A DNA stretch of 64,000 nt, from the NCBI RefSeq assembly GCF_002113885.1, contig NW_018404269.1, positions 307,286 through 371,285 of the forward strand. The letters run 5' to 3'. A program made the position numbers and the translations under genes. Origin of the DNA: Mizuhopecten yessoensis (taxonomy: Eukaryota). Positions 1 to 14,445 of this stretch are shown piece after piece (positions within the stretch are counted from its first letter, which is position 1; each line of letters starts with the position of its first letter). The notes beneath the pieces are model-generated. The model did not search any database and was not told where the DNA came from. It worked only from the letters and a program-made list of their open reading frames with translations.

Positions 1-3000
1 TCGAAATTGAAAAAGGTTCTTTTTGATTAAGACGTCAGTAATATAAAATGTATTTCTTCCTGGTATATGTTGCTCTGACACTCATCATAGCTACTAAAGG
101 AATCAATTTTAATCTAAAATTTAATTTTCACTGTTTCATTACGGTTGTTGATACAACCACGTTATAATTAAAATTATGGAAAGAACATATATCCTTCCCT
201 TGTTCCTATTCATCAACATTACAAAATGCCATTCAGAAGCAAGAAAAACATGACATTTGTATTATTTCGCCAAAAATTCCCAAAACAGGCTCATCACAAA
301 AGCCTGTCAACAAATTATTAAGGGAGGCTACTCTCTCATCGATTGCGCACGTCGAACGTCCATTTCGTTCGTTAAATGTTTACACAATATACGAATCGAT
401 GTATTCAGACGGAAAGAAATTTAATTTAACACTTGAGTTCCTGTCAGGTTTTTACATTTTTGGTCTCCAAGTGGATTGAATTGGGCAATATAATCTTGTA
501 TACTCATTGAGGGCTGCTGGTTTCTGCATGAGTTCGTGTGTTAGTCTAATGAATGCGGAATGTTCTCTTCGGCTGGCGTCAATCGGATAACTGTCATGGC
601 GTCCACAGGCGGCACGTGGAGACAGACCTCGGATCGTTACATGGCTAGTAGAGTACGTAGTCTGAATATGTCGTCATCAGATATTGTATTGATGTCATTG
701 AACCAGTCAGCCAAACGTTTATGCAGATCAAATAAATATAATCGTTACTGAATAGAAAACATATTGATAGTTGTCTTCTACATTAAGTAATTTTAAAAAT
801 GTTTACAACAATTTACAAAAGTAATGCTTTGCCCGGGTGTATTCTTGATTACAGCGTACAAACCTTCGGTAACATTAACACTCAATTCTGTTGTTTTTCA
901 TGTTTGTCATCTATACGATCCCATACAGTTACTTTTCTTCCGTTGGTTTAACGCATATTTAGACTTCTGATGTTGTAAGCTTTTCATCTCGAATACTTAC
1001 GATATTTATACGCAATTCAATATTTAAGCTTGTAATATTCTTTGATTTAAAATAAACCAACGTTAAATGTAAGGATCATACAATATAGCCGTATACCTTT
1101 TGTAGTGATGAGTGAACTTTGCCATCATTATTGAAAATATTCTCAAACTAAGCTAACTTCCTTGTTCAAGTACAAAATTGTTAAAATATATATATTTATC
1201 TATCTTTTTTTTCGTATTCTATTATTTTGAGGAATTTTGAAGAGAGTTGAAGCCAAATACGTATACAGTGGTTACGCTTTACTTTCTGAATGTATTGCAT
1301 GATATATAAGCGAGTTACAGGAAATAGTTTGGGTTTGAATTATCCTTGAGTATTATATTGGTAATTTTGAACTAATTTGTGAACATGTAAACCTTTTTGT
1401 CGTAGACCAGTTATCTAAGATTTTCATAAAGGATCGAACGGGGGAAAGGAACTTCCTGCACAGTACCTAAACTTTTGAGATTATATTGGTATATTTACAT
1501 TTGCATGGCATTGTCACTATATAGCCTCTTTGAAAGCTGTGTCGTTGATGGGACTTTATAATTAATTACCATGCATANTGATTTTTTTTATCTTTGGATG
1601 TTTTCTAACGATAGCAACAACATCGACAAGCTTTGCCATGAAAACAACTAAACCTACAAGTCTAGCAATATGATACTTCAAATATATCAAAGAAACGCAT
1701 AAATTTGTGTTTCATATATCAATTTCATACACAGGCATGGAGAGTTGATATGTACTATTTATATACTATTTATATAGTTCAGCTTGTAAATTACTAGGTA
1801 GGATATAATTGCTACTTAGCCATCATGGAAAACTATAAAACACTATAAATAATATACCCATTTCCCTGGGAAATGTTGCCCTCGCCATTGGTCCCATCAT
1901 CGCTTCGTTTGAATATTATATGATTTATTGACCACCAAATGACCGCTAGGGGAATGGCGGACTAAATCGGTTAGAGTGAAGGTTTACAGACAATTTGCCA
2001 GAGATGGTGCCACATCAGGGATACGTCAGTGAGCAGGACTAACCATGTATGAACGATATCATTGCACGACCCGTTAACACAGATCACAACCATCGGCTGG
2101 AAACCAAACGAAAGAATGTGGCCAAATGTTACTTATGGTTGTGTTGGCAATTAGCAACGAACGATGAACAACGAACATAGGACAAGCCAGTCAATGGACG
2201 ATGTAAGATTGGTTAGTCATTAAACATCGAAATTGAAAAAGGTTCTTTTTGATTAAGACGTCAGTAATATAAAATGTATTTCTTCCTGGTATATGTTGCT
2301 CTGACACTCATCATAGCTACTAAAGGAATCAATTTTAATCTAAAATTTAATTTTCACTGTTTCATTACGGTTGTTGATACAACCACGTTATAATTAAAAT
2401 TATGGAAAGAACATATATCCTTCCCTTGTTCCTATTCATCAACATTACAAAATGCCATTCAGAAGCAAGAAAAACATGACATTTGTATTATTTCGCCAAA
2501 AATTCCCAAAACAGGCTCATCACAAAAGCCTGTCAACAAATTATTAAGGGAGGCTACTCTCTCATCGATTGCGCACGTCGAACGTCCATTTCGTTCGTTA
2601 AATGTTTACACAAAATACGAATCGATGTATTCAGACGGAAAGAAATTTAATTTAACACTTGAGTTCCTGTCAGGTTTTTACATTTTTGGTCTCCAAGTGG
2701 ATTGAATTGGGCAATATAATCTTGTATACTCATTGAGGGCTGCTGGTTTCTGCATGAGTTCGTGTGTTAGTCTAATGAATGCGGAATGTTCTCTTCGGCT
2801 GGCGTCAATCGGATAACTGTCATGGCGTCCACAGGCGGCACGTGGAGACAGACCTCGGATCGTTACATGGCTAGTAGAGTACGTAGTCTGAATATGTCGT
2901 CATCAGATATTGTATTGATGTCATTGAATCAGTCAGCCAAACGTTTATGCAGATCAAATAAATATAATCGTTACTGAATAGAAAACATATTGATAGTTGT

Positions 3001-3797
3001 CTTCTACATTAAGTAATTTTAAAAATGTTTACAACAATTTACAAAAGTAATGCTTTGCCCGGGTGTATTCTTGATTACAGCGTACAAACCTTCGGTAACA
3101 TTAACACTCAATTCTGTTGTTTTTCATGTTTGTCATCTATACGATCCCATACAGTTACTTTTCTTCCGTTGGTTTAACGCATATTTAGACTTCTGATGTT
3201 GTAAGCTTTTCATCTCGAATACTTACGATATTTATACGCAATTTAATATTTAAGCTTGTAATATTCTTTGATTTAAAATAAACCAACGTTAAATGTAAGG
3301 ATCATACAATATAACCGTATACCTTTTGTAGTGATGAGTGAACTTTGCCATCATTATTGAAAATATTCTCAAACTAAGCCAACTTCCTTGTTCAAGTACA
3401 AAATTGTTAAAAAATATATATTTATCTATCTTTTTTTTCGTATTCTATTATTTTGAGGAATTTTGAAGAGAGTTGAAGCCAAATACGTATACAGTGGTTA
3501 CGCTTTACTTTCTGAATGTATTGCATGATATATAAGCGAGTTACAGGAAATAGTTTGGGTTTGAATTATCCTTGAGTATTATATTGGTAATTTTGAACTA
3601 ATGTGTGAACATGTAAACCTTTTTGTCGTAGACCAGTTATCTAAGATTTTCATAAAGGATCGAACGGGGGAAAGCAACTTCCTGCATAGTACCTAAACTT
3701 TTGAGATTATATTGGTATATTTACATTTGCATGGCATTGTCACTATATAGCCTCTTTGAAAGCTGTGTCGTTGATGGGACTTTAATTACCATGCATA
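1..3797. repeat. Near-identical direct duplication (1-1577 vs 2227-3797, offset 2226), probably a haplotype-overlap assembly artefact
   Basis: Copies differ only by scattered SNPs and small indels; copy 1 stops exactly at a single N (1578). Confidence 0.85.
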
Positions 3798-4086
3798 ACG
3801 AGACACAATTCTTAGCGTATTAATACAACATTGACCGGAACTACAATATCCAATATAAATAAACATGACGGCTGCTGAAATATCGCAGGGCATTGTGAGA
3901 TTTGACAATGTCATGTGCAAAATAAAAAAATAAATAAAAAACACTTTTATTACAACGAAAACAAGACCAAGGTCTGCAATATCGTACAAAATGCACATCG
4001 GTTGAAATCACCAATGCCGGCAATGGAAACACTTTTAACGCTCATGCAATTTATCAAAAAATCGTCTGTTACACTGCACTGATCAA

Positions 4087-4210
4087 CAGGGGTTCGTTAC
4101 AAATGTCTGACATACACATATTTTATAGACCTACTGACACATATGTTACAGACCTACTGATATGAGTCACATCACAAATAAACATTTCAGACATTTGTAA
4201 TAAACCCCTG
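4087..4210. mobile_element. Small MITE with ~24-bp terminal inverted repeats (TIRs)
   Basis: caggggttcgttacaaatgtctga ... tcagacatttgtaataaacccctg; the same end recurs near 49433. Confidence 0.65.
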
Positions 4211-6699
4211 TGCTCCGTCGCAAGATCACTCACTTCAAACGCGTCTCGCAGCCAGTTTCCTCAGTTACTGACGACATGTCAAATAACGAGTCTGTTATAG
4301 AATCTACAGACTGTAGTCAGATAAATAAATTCACGTTTGGATTCTTCAGAAAATGAGCAAAGAGAAAAGTTCGAATCAACTTCCAAAAATAGCTCCCTCG
4401 TGGAGGGCAAGGTCGGATTTACGGTATTCACTGTATTAATGCATGCGCTAAATTTGTTCAGGAGAAAAATCGAAACAATTTCAAATCTAACTTTCAGCTC
4501 AGAGTTCTATTGATAAACCTAAATCACCCTATAGACATATCATACGCAATTGTATTTATACTGAATTGTTGAATAACATTGAAGTGTTTGTTAAAAGTTC
4601 AAAGTACTACTTTGTTTACCAATCAGCACGCGACAAACACGCTGTTCAAACTATTGAACGAAATTTTGTGGACTGTCGATAAGGTGGGCATTTTTAATTT
4701 TAAATATAAATTATAAGTTAAAAAAGAACATAAGAGGCAGAGAAAATGTAAATATAAGTATTCAACTGTTTTTGTGTGGTATTTATGATAGCGCGCATTA
4801 TGTTGTTTGCTTGCAAAGCTGTGTCATTCAAATAGATCATAAATACCATACAAAAACAGTTCAATGCTTAATTCAATATAGAAAGTAAAGAAAATCTTGT
4901 TCATTTCCATCGATAACTAGAAGTATTTAATTAATACTACATACTTATATCCATTCATTTTACGTAAGAACCCTGTTTACCATTTCTGTAAACAGTCATT
5001 TCTTTACTTAAAACTATTTCCTTGGTTGTAAAGAAAACAAATATTCCAACGTCAACAATTTACCAAAAGTCGATGAAATTATTATTCGTGATTCTTTCAG
5101 TTATAAGTTCATAAGTCTGATTTATATGAGATGCAACACGGTATTTGATTTGTCATTAGACAGTTTGTAAAGGTATAACAATGGTATTTCTTCCGCAAAT
5201 TTCTCTTTTGCAAGTTAGGTCCGGATGGCGATTAGTAATGACGTTAATGATCACGATTGACCCCGACAGGTCATGAAATTGATTAGTAATGACTTAAAAG
5301 ACGTTAGTGTGACTTCCTAAAGTCATTCCTCACTATAAATGTTTTCGCTGTCACCAATCCACGGCACAGTGACCCAGATTTTTCAATAAAGTCTTTAAGT
5401 ATCATCAAATTGTTGCCTCTGCAATTGCAATGGGGGATAGCCCTACTATATTTTGACATTTGCATCGCGTTGCCAGTAGATGTCAATTTGCGGCGGTACA
5501 ATCACGATATACTACCGAAAATATCGAATCTCAAGGGTTACGTATGTACTCCCTAATTGTTCAATTTCTATTTCTAATTTTAATCAATCATATGCTTATA
5601 CAAATCCTACCAGTCACTTTGAATAGAAGTAAACTTCTTAAAAGATATTTCCTGCAAAATTATACAATATTCATAATAGAAACGGTGTACACACAGACAA
5701 TCTGTAGCAGTTCTCTGCTAGTGGAATTTCATCATAAGAAGTCAGGTTTTGTTGAAGACAGTGATATCTAGCTAACACTTCATGTTTTACACTATTCCCC
5801 TTTGATAATGTCGCTCTCTAGTTCTGCATCAATGGCGGACTCAAGCTTATTCGTAATCGTATTCATCTTGTACTTTGTCAAGGGTCGCAATTTTAATCTT
5901 TCCTTTGTTCATACTTTGCGCTAGTTCTATCGATTTTGTGCTCGAATAAGAGATTTGTTGGCACGTTGATATTTTGTTAAAGGTGCATTAGTTCAGCTGC
6001 AATATTTTTTATATATTTTTGTAGCAATTAGAGGGGTACTTATAGATATTTGATTATTTTTAAATCATGACTTATTACACCTCATCCACTCCGTATACCT
6101 GCACCAGGTATCCTATCATTTTCCTTGTGCGACGTGTGAAGATGCAACCTGTTATTGTACTTTCTAATTGGCCGTTACCTTGCAGTTGGAACCTATCACG
6201 GTTTACCAGAACTAGTAGTTTAAAAATAAATCATCTGTTGAATCCAGAAGTTGAAAAAGATCTAACGTTATAAGAGTTTGAATAAGTCATCTATACACTT
6301 CGGCTGTATTTCTACCTATGTTTCAAACTAGCGGATCTTTTTTGGGCCTTTAGCATTACTGATAAAGAGGTCATATGATTCCGGTAATCGTTTTCATTAT
6401 AGATACCTTTCAACAAATACAAATTTGTTTGTATGTCATGAACTAGATTATAAGATTTATTAAAGTATCCCTATCTTCAACAAATACTGACTTCTGATGA
6501 TGCCATTCATTCAGAAAACAATGCTGTAAGTGCAAATCGTTACGAACGCTACCCCTTACAAGGTCATGGCCATCAGACTATGATGACACTGTTGGTGAAA
6601 ATTAAGGTAGGCCAAAAGAAACTAATATGAGATTGAAATTGTTGCTGTTATGTAAACATATTGATAGGATTGAGGCTGTACATTGGAGTGCAACTAAGC

Positions 6700-7530
6700 A
6701 GGTGCCTGCATTTAAGAAAATCTCCTATTCAATTGGACCTGAAAGGCTTAAATTACCAACACTGGCCATTCAGAAGGGTCAGGGGTGATATTATCAAAGT
6801 ATTTAAATTATCGAGCAATATCTGCGATAGCATGGCAGCGTATTTTCCTAAACACTGGAACGACAAGGTCCAAAGACAGGGACAAGGTCTAAAGACAGGG
6901 GACAATTCCAAAGACAGAGGACAGGGTCAAAAGGCAGGGGACAATGTCCAAAGACAGGGTACAATGTCCAAAGACAGGGGACAAAGTCAAAAGACAGGGG
7001 ACAATGTTCAAAGACAGGGGATAAGGTCCAAAGACAGGGGACAATGTCCAAAGACAGGGGACAAGGTCCAAAGACAAGGAACAAGGTCCAAAGANAAGTC
7101 AAAAGTCAGGGGACAATGTTCAAAGACAGGGGATAAGGTCCAAAGACAGGGGACAATGTCCAAAGACAGGGGACAATGTCCAAAGACAAGGAACACAAGG
7201 TCCAAAGACAGGGGACAATGTCAAAAGACGGGACAATAGGACATTCGAAAAAGCTATTTCCACAGCATTGTAAACTAGATATTAGAAAAAACTTTGTTGG
7301 TCTGTGCGATGTCATAATATGGAACAATATCCCCGCACCAACAATCAATTCTTTAAAAAACAGATTTGATAAGCATTAGGAAGATCAAACGCTTTCATGT
7401 TCTATAGAAATTGGAACTTTTGTCACAATTGATTATTTAATGTATTATTATAATTGCATATTTGAGTCCGGTGTAGAGGATCTTAACTGATCCTGTACTG
7501 GTAATAAACTAAACTTAACTTAAACTTACA
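6700..7530 (+). mobile_element. 3' remnant of a CR1/L2-clade LINE, interrupted by a minisatellite
   Basis: Translates to RRVRGDIIKVFK ... GHSKKLF ... KLDIRKNF ... WNNIP ... INSLKNRFDKH, typical of the CR1/L2 ORF2 C-terminus; short-repeat tail aataaactaaacttaacttaaactta at about 7504-7528. Confidence 0.75.
6861..7237 (+). repeat. 20-bp minisatellite (TCCAAAGACAGGGGACAATG)n, roughly 18 units
   Basis: Directly visible; contains an N at 7095; produces the repetitive ORFs in the track. Confidence 0.95.
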
Positions 7531-9094
7531 TCATGTCCAGCAAACAGTTATGAAATTATAATATATTCTCCACAGTTGTACATGCACACAATACTACGGC
7601 GTGCCAGAACGAATCTTCCGTTTTCGTATTGTCCGTGGAGTCCAGCTGATGCTACTATGTTTAGAACACCTTGTTGCTAAGCATTGCTTTAGCTGCAGGG
7701 TAAATGTTTGGACCTTGTGTACTTATTTCTCAGGGAAACGTTTTTAAATGAAATACCGAATAGTGATATTTCTCTCGTTCTAATGAATATGAAAATTTAC
7801 CGAATTCATCGTTATTTAACAACTCGGCAATTCCAGATATCTTATCCTTATGTTACTGCGATTTTTAAGGACGTAATAAAAACCTCAAATATAATGTATC
7901 AATATGTAGAAGCACATTTTGCACTTTAATCCTTAAATAAATATCTAACAAAAAAAAGGTTGATTCCTCTTTGACAATATCAAAGATGTTAATTAAAGTC
8001 CTGCTGGTCATGAAGTAATTATGAAAATGTGAATCTGGTTTTAAGCCAATACCTAGGAAAGGGGGAACAATTGAGAAACTTAGAATTCATTGGAACCCAT
8101 TCTGATTTCCTCTAAGGGGGAAAAGTACTGTTCGTTTGTGGTTTACTGCCATTACAAAAAAAAGACATATGAGGATGTCAAATGATATTAGAAAAGGTGT
8201 CAAAATAGAAACCATGGAAAGAATAGCAAAAGAGGGGCTAGCAGAAAGATAGGCGTTTCATATGTTGTCATGGGGAACATAGAAGCGATCCTTGTATCCG
8301 TGTTACTTAAGTTGGTACCATGAAAGAAACGATTGTGATGAGGTCACATTAATGGTCGCTTTCTATGATCCTGCATTTGTACATATTACTAAATATGTTC
8401 TGTTTCGTTATCTACAGATATTTTGTCCATGCTGTCTTTACTCCCAACTATCGTGGTGCGTTTTGCCAATTTGGAAATATAAACAAGCACAAACATGTAT
8501 TTGAGAGATTTCTGGACAATGTGTACAAAAATAATATATAACAGCAAATTAAATTAGCCAGTACAAGTGATGAATGACATTTTACCCCCTGTTCAATGAT
8601 TTATATTTTGTAAACTCGTAGTCTGCCCATTGCGCTGACTCCACACGACTATTGCGTGAGTTGGGTTGACTGTTGACGGATACCAGCACGCTTTACTATG
8701 TACAGTTGACTGTTGCCTGTCCGCAACCCGTATTTTTTACGTTATAAATTTGACGGTTGCCTGTCCTTGGTTGCGTGTGTATGACCAACTTGCATCGTAT
8801 ATAACATCGCTTTCAGCAGCCCTCGGGTATCTCGGTCTGTTCGATACTTGTTGCGTGTTCGGCACGATGATTTTACGCGCCATTGTGCGTGCCGTGCCTT
8901 CGTGCCGCTGAGGATAAGCATAAATATTTAATTCAGCGCCCGCAAAATAATTCTCCATTGTCTATTTCAATCAACATTGTTGCGTTGTTCCTCTGGCATT
9001 AGTGTCAGAACCACCGTAATGCCTGGGGTAGGGGAACACGGCCGACAACCAGAGATTATCTGTTCCTCATATATATGGACGTGAATAGGGAGGT

Positions 9095-9690
9095 ACTCAT
9101 TTAGACTCAGCAACAAGACCAAGAAGGATGTATATCTAAATAAAATTGGAGGAGGGCCTATCTGAACACAGCAATAAGACTTTGGAGGTGAAACATCTAG
9201 ATACAGTAATACGAATGTTGGGGGGGGGGGGGGGCATATCTGGACACAGGAACAAGACTTTGGAGGTGAAACATCTAGATACAGTACATGTAATACGAAT
9301 GTTGGGAGTAGGGTATAACTGGGACACAGTGGCAAGGCTGTTGAGAAGGACGCAATTTTAGACAGAAAGGAAACACTTGAAGTCACAACAACAAGACTGT
9401 TAGAAGCGGGCACATTTAGTATCAGCAAGACTGATGTGGGGTACATTTAGGTTAACATAGCAAAACGGACATAGAATGGAGCAGACCGGGACACCGTGGC
9501 AAACGTGTGGGTTAGAAAACATTTAGACACGGCGCTGAAATCACTTAACTGGCATATGTAGACACAATGGCGAAGCTGTTGTGATATAGTACATTTAGAC
9601 ACACCACGAGGGTCGCTCACAGATATACAATGTAGTATGATAAGAACCAGCACGTAGACTGGGAAAATGAGTATGTAGACACAACACACG
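9095..9690 (+). repeat. Degenerate tandem repeat (GGACACAG...ACATYTAGA subunits; one ~78-bp near-exact pair)
   Basis: aagactttggaggtgaaacatctagatacagt occurs twice (about 9176 and 9255), followed by repeated acatttagac-type motifs. Confidence 0.6.
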
Positions 9691-9715
9691 TAATGCCCAG
9701 GATAGGTCGTATTAG

Positions 9716-10080
9716 TAATAATAATAATAATAGTTCGAGGTTCTTATATACCCCTTTATCAAAACCTGGTTCGTAGGTCGTCTCAAAGCGATTCACAAAT
9801 TATTATCCGTGGTTATCGGGTCTTTGCAACAAGCTAATATCTTTCTCAACTCCCTACATACCTCAAAACCTTGCATACAGCCACAAGGTGTTACCATTTC
9901 GGCGCTCACAGCTTGCCTTCGACAATTCTAGCACTGACGAAACCACGTACTCATTTACAGCTGAGTAGGCTGGACCGAGCAGAGTAAAGTATCTTGCTCA
10001 AAGATACAACACAGTGCCGTGCCGTGACTCGAACCCGCAACATTTCGGCCTGCGTCCTACCACTAGACTACCGTGCTTCC
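9716..10080 (-). mobile_element. tRNA-derived SINE with CORE-like central domain
   Basis: Reverse complement gives a tRNA-like head (gtagtctagtggtagg...gggttcgagtc), a CORE-like ttgagcaagatactttac segment and a (TTA)n tail. Confidence 0.65.
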
Positions 10081-11925
10081 AGTAGTCTGCCCCATCTGCG
10101 ATGTAATGACTTTTTTTTATTATATATGGACCGCATATCATTTTACTAGTACATGTATGTGCATGTATGAAGCATTTTCCAACAAACCATTCAAGTGCAA
10201 TGTTCTAACAAACACATCCCCTTTTTGCAAATGTTAACAAGCAAGCCGTCATGTTTCTGTCTTTTGTTGAATGAGGATACACGCATTTATTATTACATTG
10301 TATTATTTTTGATAACGAACAAACTAAAGCCGAAACCTTTTACTCTTGAGATCTATTAAATCATATCATGCTTATTACCAGAAAGTTCCGTCGAATTACC
10401 ATGAAGATGACCTGAAAAATATGTTTTTATGCTGCCAAGTGTTGATTTCATGTGTTTACGAGTTTTCTCGATAACATGACATTTTGGATGGATAGAAAAA
10501 GCATCTTGCATAAGATATGGCGTCAGTGATTATTGTTTATTTGTCAAGTTGAGAAACTAAATGATGAGGGAGAGAACGAAGCTAGTTGGGGCTTTTAAAT
10601 GCATAATGTGATATAGGGTGTAGACGATATGTACAAAGTTGTTTACTTTCATAAGCCAGACTTCGCTCAACTTACACAATGTGAAAGGTTACGCTAATAC
10701 AGCGGCCATAACGTATCCTCTTTGGTTCTTGTCGTTATCGTATGGTGACTATAAATCAACAAATTACATGTATAAGGTATATGTATATATATTCCTCCCG
10801 AAATATATCCAGGTAACACAGGCAAAGTAGGACAACTGCAAACAGTGCCAGGAATATCAAAACACGCCCAGCGTGTGCATCACGTGACAAATATGTGTAC
10901 GCGTAACAGAACAGCCAACTATAAATAATTGCATTATCTATGTCAACTTGTAAAATAAAGGTTCACGCACACTGCGATAGACACAAAATCGAGATTGTAT
11001 TACATTTTTCTTCGTAGAAGAGAAATGATCAACTTATTTTTGTACAAAAATGGTCAAATATTTAATCTGTGCTTTGAAAATGTTGGTGATATAATCAATT
11101 CGGGTCGAAGTGGCCTTCAGTAAAAAAAAAATGATCACTTTCTCATCCTCATTATATATTCAACCATTATAAAGACGCATACGTTTATTATTTCTTAAAT
11201 ACATTGGGTGAAGTAAGTCAAGCGAATATATTTGTTATTCAAATGACTGTGTGAAAAAAGATCGCACAGGATTTGTTTTACTATATATTGTGGCCACTTC
11301 TGGCCGCCACTCCCTTCTATGTTCTGTGGTTATAGCATTATAACTCTTCCGACAACGTACTGTATTAACTCAAATTCATCTTTACCTGTTAACTAAATTA
11401 CAATAGTTCACAAAGCGACCATAAATCAATGTATTGAGTAATGAAGCGTGGAGAATTGGCACAGCGTAGCAACATCAAATATATGTTTGGGGGATGGGGG
11501 CGACCTTGCAATAACATAAATAGGCGGGTTCATAGGGAGACACTTCCAAATACTGTTACTAGGACAGACCTAAAAAGAGTAAATGCAAAAGTACATAGAA
11601 GAAGTAAAGAGCGTTGGACTAAAGTTCCCACAGTACATAGAGGAAGTGACATTGAAAGAGGCTAGAATCGGTATATCGCGGGCAAAAGCAAAGGTTTTTC
11701 TATTAACTCCTGCAAGAACACGTTCAGAAGAAGCTTTTTGAAGACAGCAACTCGAGCCACTGCAGCGACGCCCGGTGCACCTGTACACATTTCGTAGTGA
11801 CGAGTCTCAGAGAAGACTAAAGATGACTTTCGGGGAGTAGCATACTTAACATGGAAGCATTTGGTTAAGGTGGGGATGAGGTAGAGGAGCGATCTCTCAT
11901 CTAGCATATAAAATATAAAATGTAA

Positions 11926-12141
11926 ACTTTATTTATTTTACAACAATTATGAAACAAGTTATTTCAAATTATATTAATCACTCTTGTTGGCCCGGATGTT
12001 AGCGCGGGGGGTCTTGTTGTGGGAGGAAACCGGAGTACCCGGAGAAAACCCACGTGGTCGAGCAGGTGGCCCCATACCTTTTCACACCCAGCCGCCTTGA
12101 TGAAAGGCAAGTGCGCTATCCACTGCACCACCCAACCACCC
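11926..12141 (-). mobile_element. V-domain-type SINE
   Basis: Reverse complement has GGTTTTCTCCGGGTACTCCGGTTTCCTCCCAC, an A-box-like head and an A-rich tail; a second copy lies at 49672-49830. Confidence 0.75.
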
Positions 12142-13207
12142 TTATCTAGTATATCCGCACATCTCTCATTCAAATCGCTCATCGTGCATATCCGAAAATT
12201 AGAGAATCGATGGGTAAGATATACAATTCGATTCAACAGTATCAAATGATAAGTAAGCGGATGATTTGCTCGAATAACAGACTTTTAGGTCAGAACACGA
12301 GAAGCAATTCAAAATGTCGTATTTCTTGTTTATACTGGTATCACCAACAGCAACACTACGCCTGAAAGTCCCATCCTGACCAACTGTTAGTTTACAAATG
12401 ATATTTTTTGTTCGTTCTCTGTTGAAGGACGGATGTACCTGAACAAAAGAGTTCCAAGATTTATCTTGCCTTGACGTGTAGTTAAATCATACATAGATAA
12501 ATGTATGTAACCTATAATCTGTTAAAATGTGCCACACATGAATAGCCTGACAAATGTTAGATAGTCCGCTTTTTAGTCATTAAATTGATCACGAGTCATG
12601 AAATTCTTATGTTTTATCATTATAATCATTTTCATAACTGTAATCATCATATTGACATTTGTGTTTCGACTTTGAATTGGTATAATTCTATTGAAAGCTC
12701 ATAGAATTTCTTGGACACTAGAAAAGCATAAACCTTGATATCACACAAGTACTGGAATATCGCCGAAACACAGCAGGAATCACCTTTAATCCAATATACT
12801 TCGATTCAAATCCAAAATTTACAAGGATATAAACAAGTTAACAATGTTAACATGCCCTACATACTTGCTATGTCTAACAACGTATTATAGAGTTGACTAT
12901 AGTTGAGTGTCGATGTGCAAGGTCAATTCCAGTAGGCTGATACAAGGGAAGTAACTCAAATTGATATTCAGCAAAACTTCACTTCAAGTTGCATTAAGTA
13001 AGCACTTTATTCATATTCGAAATCATAAAAAATATATAAAAGTGATTTTCAGATAAAATTCCTGACCTCATTTGCAGCAGCTGGATTAATGAATCAAAAT
13101 CACACTATCACACACAAAAACAACAATACAAATTACAAATTGGTCACTATAGGTACACTTTTATAAAGTGTTGTCATAACAGCCAAGTAAAAAAGGAAAT
13201 TAAATAT

Positions 13208-13570
13208 TGAAGGATCCCGTACCACTGCCAAAAGCTGAAACTAGGCATTAGAAAATATTTTTCCGGTATGACTTTAGCTTTCATATTTTATTTCTCAACA
13301 CAGAACCAAACCTAAAGGGACTTTTATGAAATATAAAGTGAAAAATATATAGGATCAACAAAAGTGTTCTGAGGAGGAAAAGAATAAGAGGGGCTAGACC
13401 TGGATTCGAACCCTGGACTTCCGATTGTTATACTGTCGCTTTAACCCACTGCGCTACCTTGTCAGTGGAAGTAGCCTTCCCCAATCGTGCTACAGCTATA
13501 ACGAAGACGATATTAAGGGGAGGTCACTGTATATACCTAATAAGAGATTACAGTGGGACAATGATTCTTA
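13208..13570. mobile_element. Non-autonomous DNA-transposon-like repeat (Kolobok-like ends) with an internal tRNA-like cassette
   Basis: Ends aaggatcccgtaccactg ... cagtgggacaatgattcttaa resemble the element at 47999-48260; the internal minus-strand tRNA-like segment 13391-13465 recurs near 18968 and 48892-48960. Confidence 0.5.
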
Positions 13571-14445
13571 AGGAATAGACATTAAGAATAATGATTATTA
13601 CGGATTCGTTGCAAATGTATAAAACTAACACCATAGATAGCGCAAAGATCTTTATAAGACTAACATCATTATAACCAATAAAATGCAAATAACATAACAA
13701 ACATATGCAAAAAGCGAGGATCATAATAAAACATCATTCTAAATGAAAATGTAGAAGTTGCTTCATTTAGAATAGTCCTCAAATCGGTACGGGTTATTTA
13801 CGCGGGCTTCAGTTTTCGCGATTTCGACCAAAAATTAGACATTTGAATTTACACAGATTATAATTTTGCTATCTGAACATTTTCGCTGTGTTTTAGCACA
13901 GAGATGGGACATTCAGCGTATAAAGTTTCAAATGAACAAATGAATAGGCTCTATGACAGCATATTAAGCAACAACAAAATAACGAATTTTGATTAACGAA
14001 TCATCAACAAAACTATAAGTTGTGTGATACAACCTCATACGTCATTACCTGTTATGTACACAATCGTCATAACCACGTACGTGCTATTTCATGACGGTTG
14101 AAAAATGTATTAATCGTGGCTCATTGTTGCGTTTGTGATTATGATTCCGCTGAACACATTTTTGGAAGTATCCTGGTATACGGTATATACCATTGAATGA
14201 CAGTGAATTATTATGAAACCATTATTCATAATTCATTATATAGACAATTTAATAGCCTTTCTTATCATAAGTAACATGTAAACCTAACTAAATGCATAGC
14301 GACACTACGTAACAGAGCGAATCAATACACCTTACCCCGTTAAAATCTTAAAAATCATCAGCCATAAAAACATAAAAGTCAAGCAATCCTTATGCAGCAG
14401 AAAGTTTCTGCAGATGTGACTAAAAACTTATATGACGTCATCCAT

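Noticed and set aside
1-3797. 2.2-kb-period duplication with twin 63-aa ORFs (560-751, 2786-2977) as a real tandem gene duplication
   Set aside because: Copy 1 ends exactly at a single-N contig join (1578) and the copies differ at allele-like levels, so overlapping haplotype contigs are the simplest explanation; the ORF has no recognisable features. Read depth or long reads would settle it.
6661-7379. Repetitive ORFs (192 aa and antisense ones) as structural proteins
   Set aside because: They are translations of a 20-bp minisatellite inside a LINE remnant, open in several frames on both strands.
8640-9060. GC-richer stretch with short ORFs on both strands
   Set aside because: No recognisable protein motif or coherent splice structure; cannot support a gene call.
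11441-11907. Overlapping short ORFs with Cys-containing segments
   Set aside because: Interrupted by stops in the most plausible frame and abutting a SINE; possibly a decayed transposon fragment but not assignable.
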